Source: a virus
DNA length: 5,650 bases
Reading direction: 5' to 3' (one strand)
Virus record (IMG/VR): IMGVR_UViG_3300045988_006129
Location: 1-5,650 of that record
Numbering within the stretch: position 1 is the first letter of the stretch; every line of letters starts with the position of its first letter. Below, one piece after another: positions 5,417 to 5,650 of this stretch. A program made the position numbers and the translations under genes. The notes beneath the pieces are model-generated. The model worked only from the letters and a program-made list of their open reading frames with translations. It was not told where the DNA came from and did not search any database.

Positions 5417-5521
5417 TTATTCCTCCTTATCCAGTTCCATGGCTTGATAGATCTTGTCCAGCATCGCAAGGATCTTCCTCAACTGATTAAAAATCCCGCG
5501 AATGTCTTTCAAAGTGATCAT
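5417..5521 (-). CDS. Hypothetical 34-aa protein, predicted amphipathic helix, first gene of the structural operon
   Basis: Hand-translated: MITLKDIRGIFNQLRKILAMLDKIYQAMELDKEE. The SD AAAGGAGGTG lies 5 nt upstream of the ATG at 5521. The stop TAA is separated by 1 nt from the next gene's ATG (TAAtATG). I recognise no family. Confidence 0.5.
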   Translation of the reverse strand: MITLKDIRGIFNQLRKILAMLDKIYQAMELDKEE

Positions 5522-5563
5522 GGCAGCACCTCCTTTCTGTGGTTGATTTGTGCAAATACCACC

Positions 5564-5650
5564 GGTTCGCCGGCGCTGGAGGCAGAGCATTCCTCCTTTA
5601 CATTTGGACGCCGGTTCCCCTACGTCAATTTTACCAAAAAGAAAAAAAAC
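5564..5650. repeat. Direct terminal repeat, copy 2 (identical to 1-87)
   Basis: Exact 87/87 identity with the window start. The offset of 5563 nt gives the genome length. Confidence 0.95.

Noticed and set aside
1-5650. Scan for tRNA, rRNA, CRISPR arrays, integrase or transposase
   Set aside because: There is no repeat-spacer periodicity, no cloverleaf-like segment and no ORF with recombinase-like motifs. The coding capacity is fully accounted for by the eight phage genes.

Overview
The window is a complete circular ssDNA phage genome of the family Microviridae, with a gokushovirus-like gene set. It is written as a linear contig whose first 87 nt (1-87) are repeated exactly at 5564-5650, so the genome unit is 5563 nt. 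All eight supported genes lie on the minus strand, so the window shows the complement of the coding, presumably packaged, strand. Reading along the minus strand, the order is: 34-aa ORF, small basic VP8/J-like DNA-binding protein ending in RGGIRL, VP5-like 87-aa protein, VP3 scaffold, VP1 major capsid, VP2 pilot/minor capsid, a 54-aa ribbon-helix-helix (RHH) protein with its own near-consensus promoter, and VP4, an HUH rolling-circle replication initiator. Nearly every gene has a strong AGGAGG-type Shine-Dalgarno site, and several junctions are coupled or overlapping. A single non-coding region of about 446 nt (1-404 plus 5522-5563 across the circular junction) holds three consecutive GC-rich hairpins, an AT-rich block of GTATYT iteron-like repeats, repeated TTGAC motifs and an extended -10 promoter candidate. 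The most unusual content is the RHH-promoter-hairpin-Rep cassette at 1584-1966, which resembles the copG-repB copy-control module of rolling-circle plasmids more than a canonical microvirus layout. All protein-family calls rest on motifs read by eye. No database search or structure prediction was run, so novelty is unverified.
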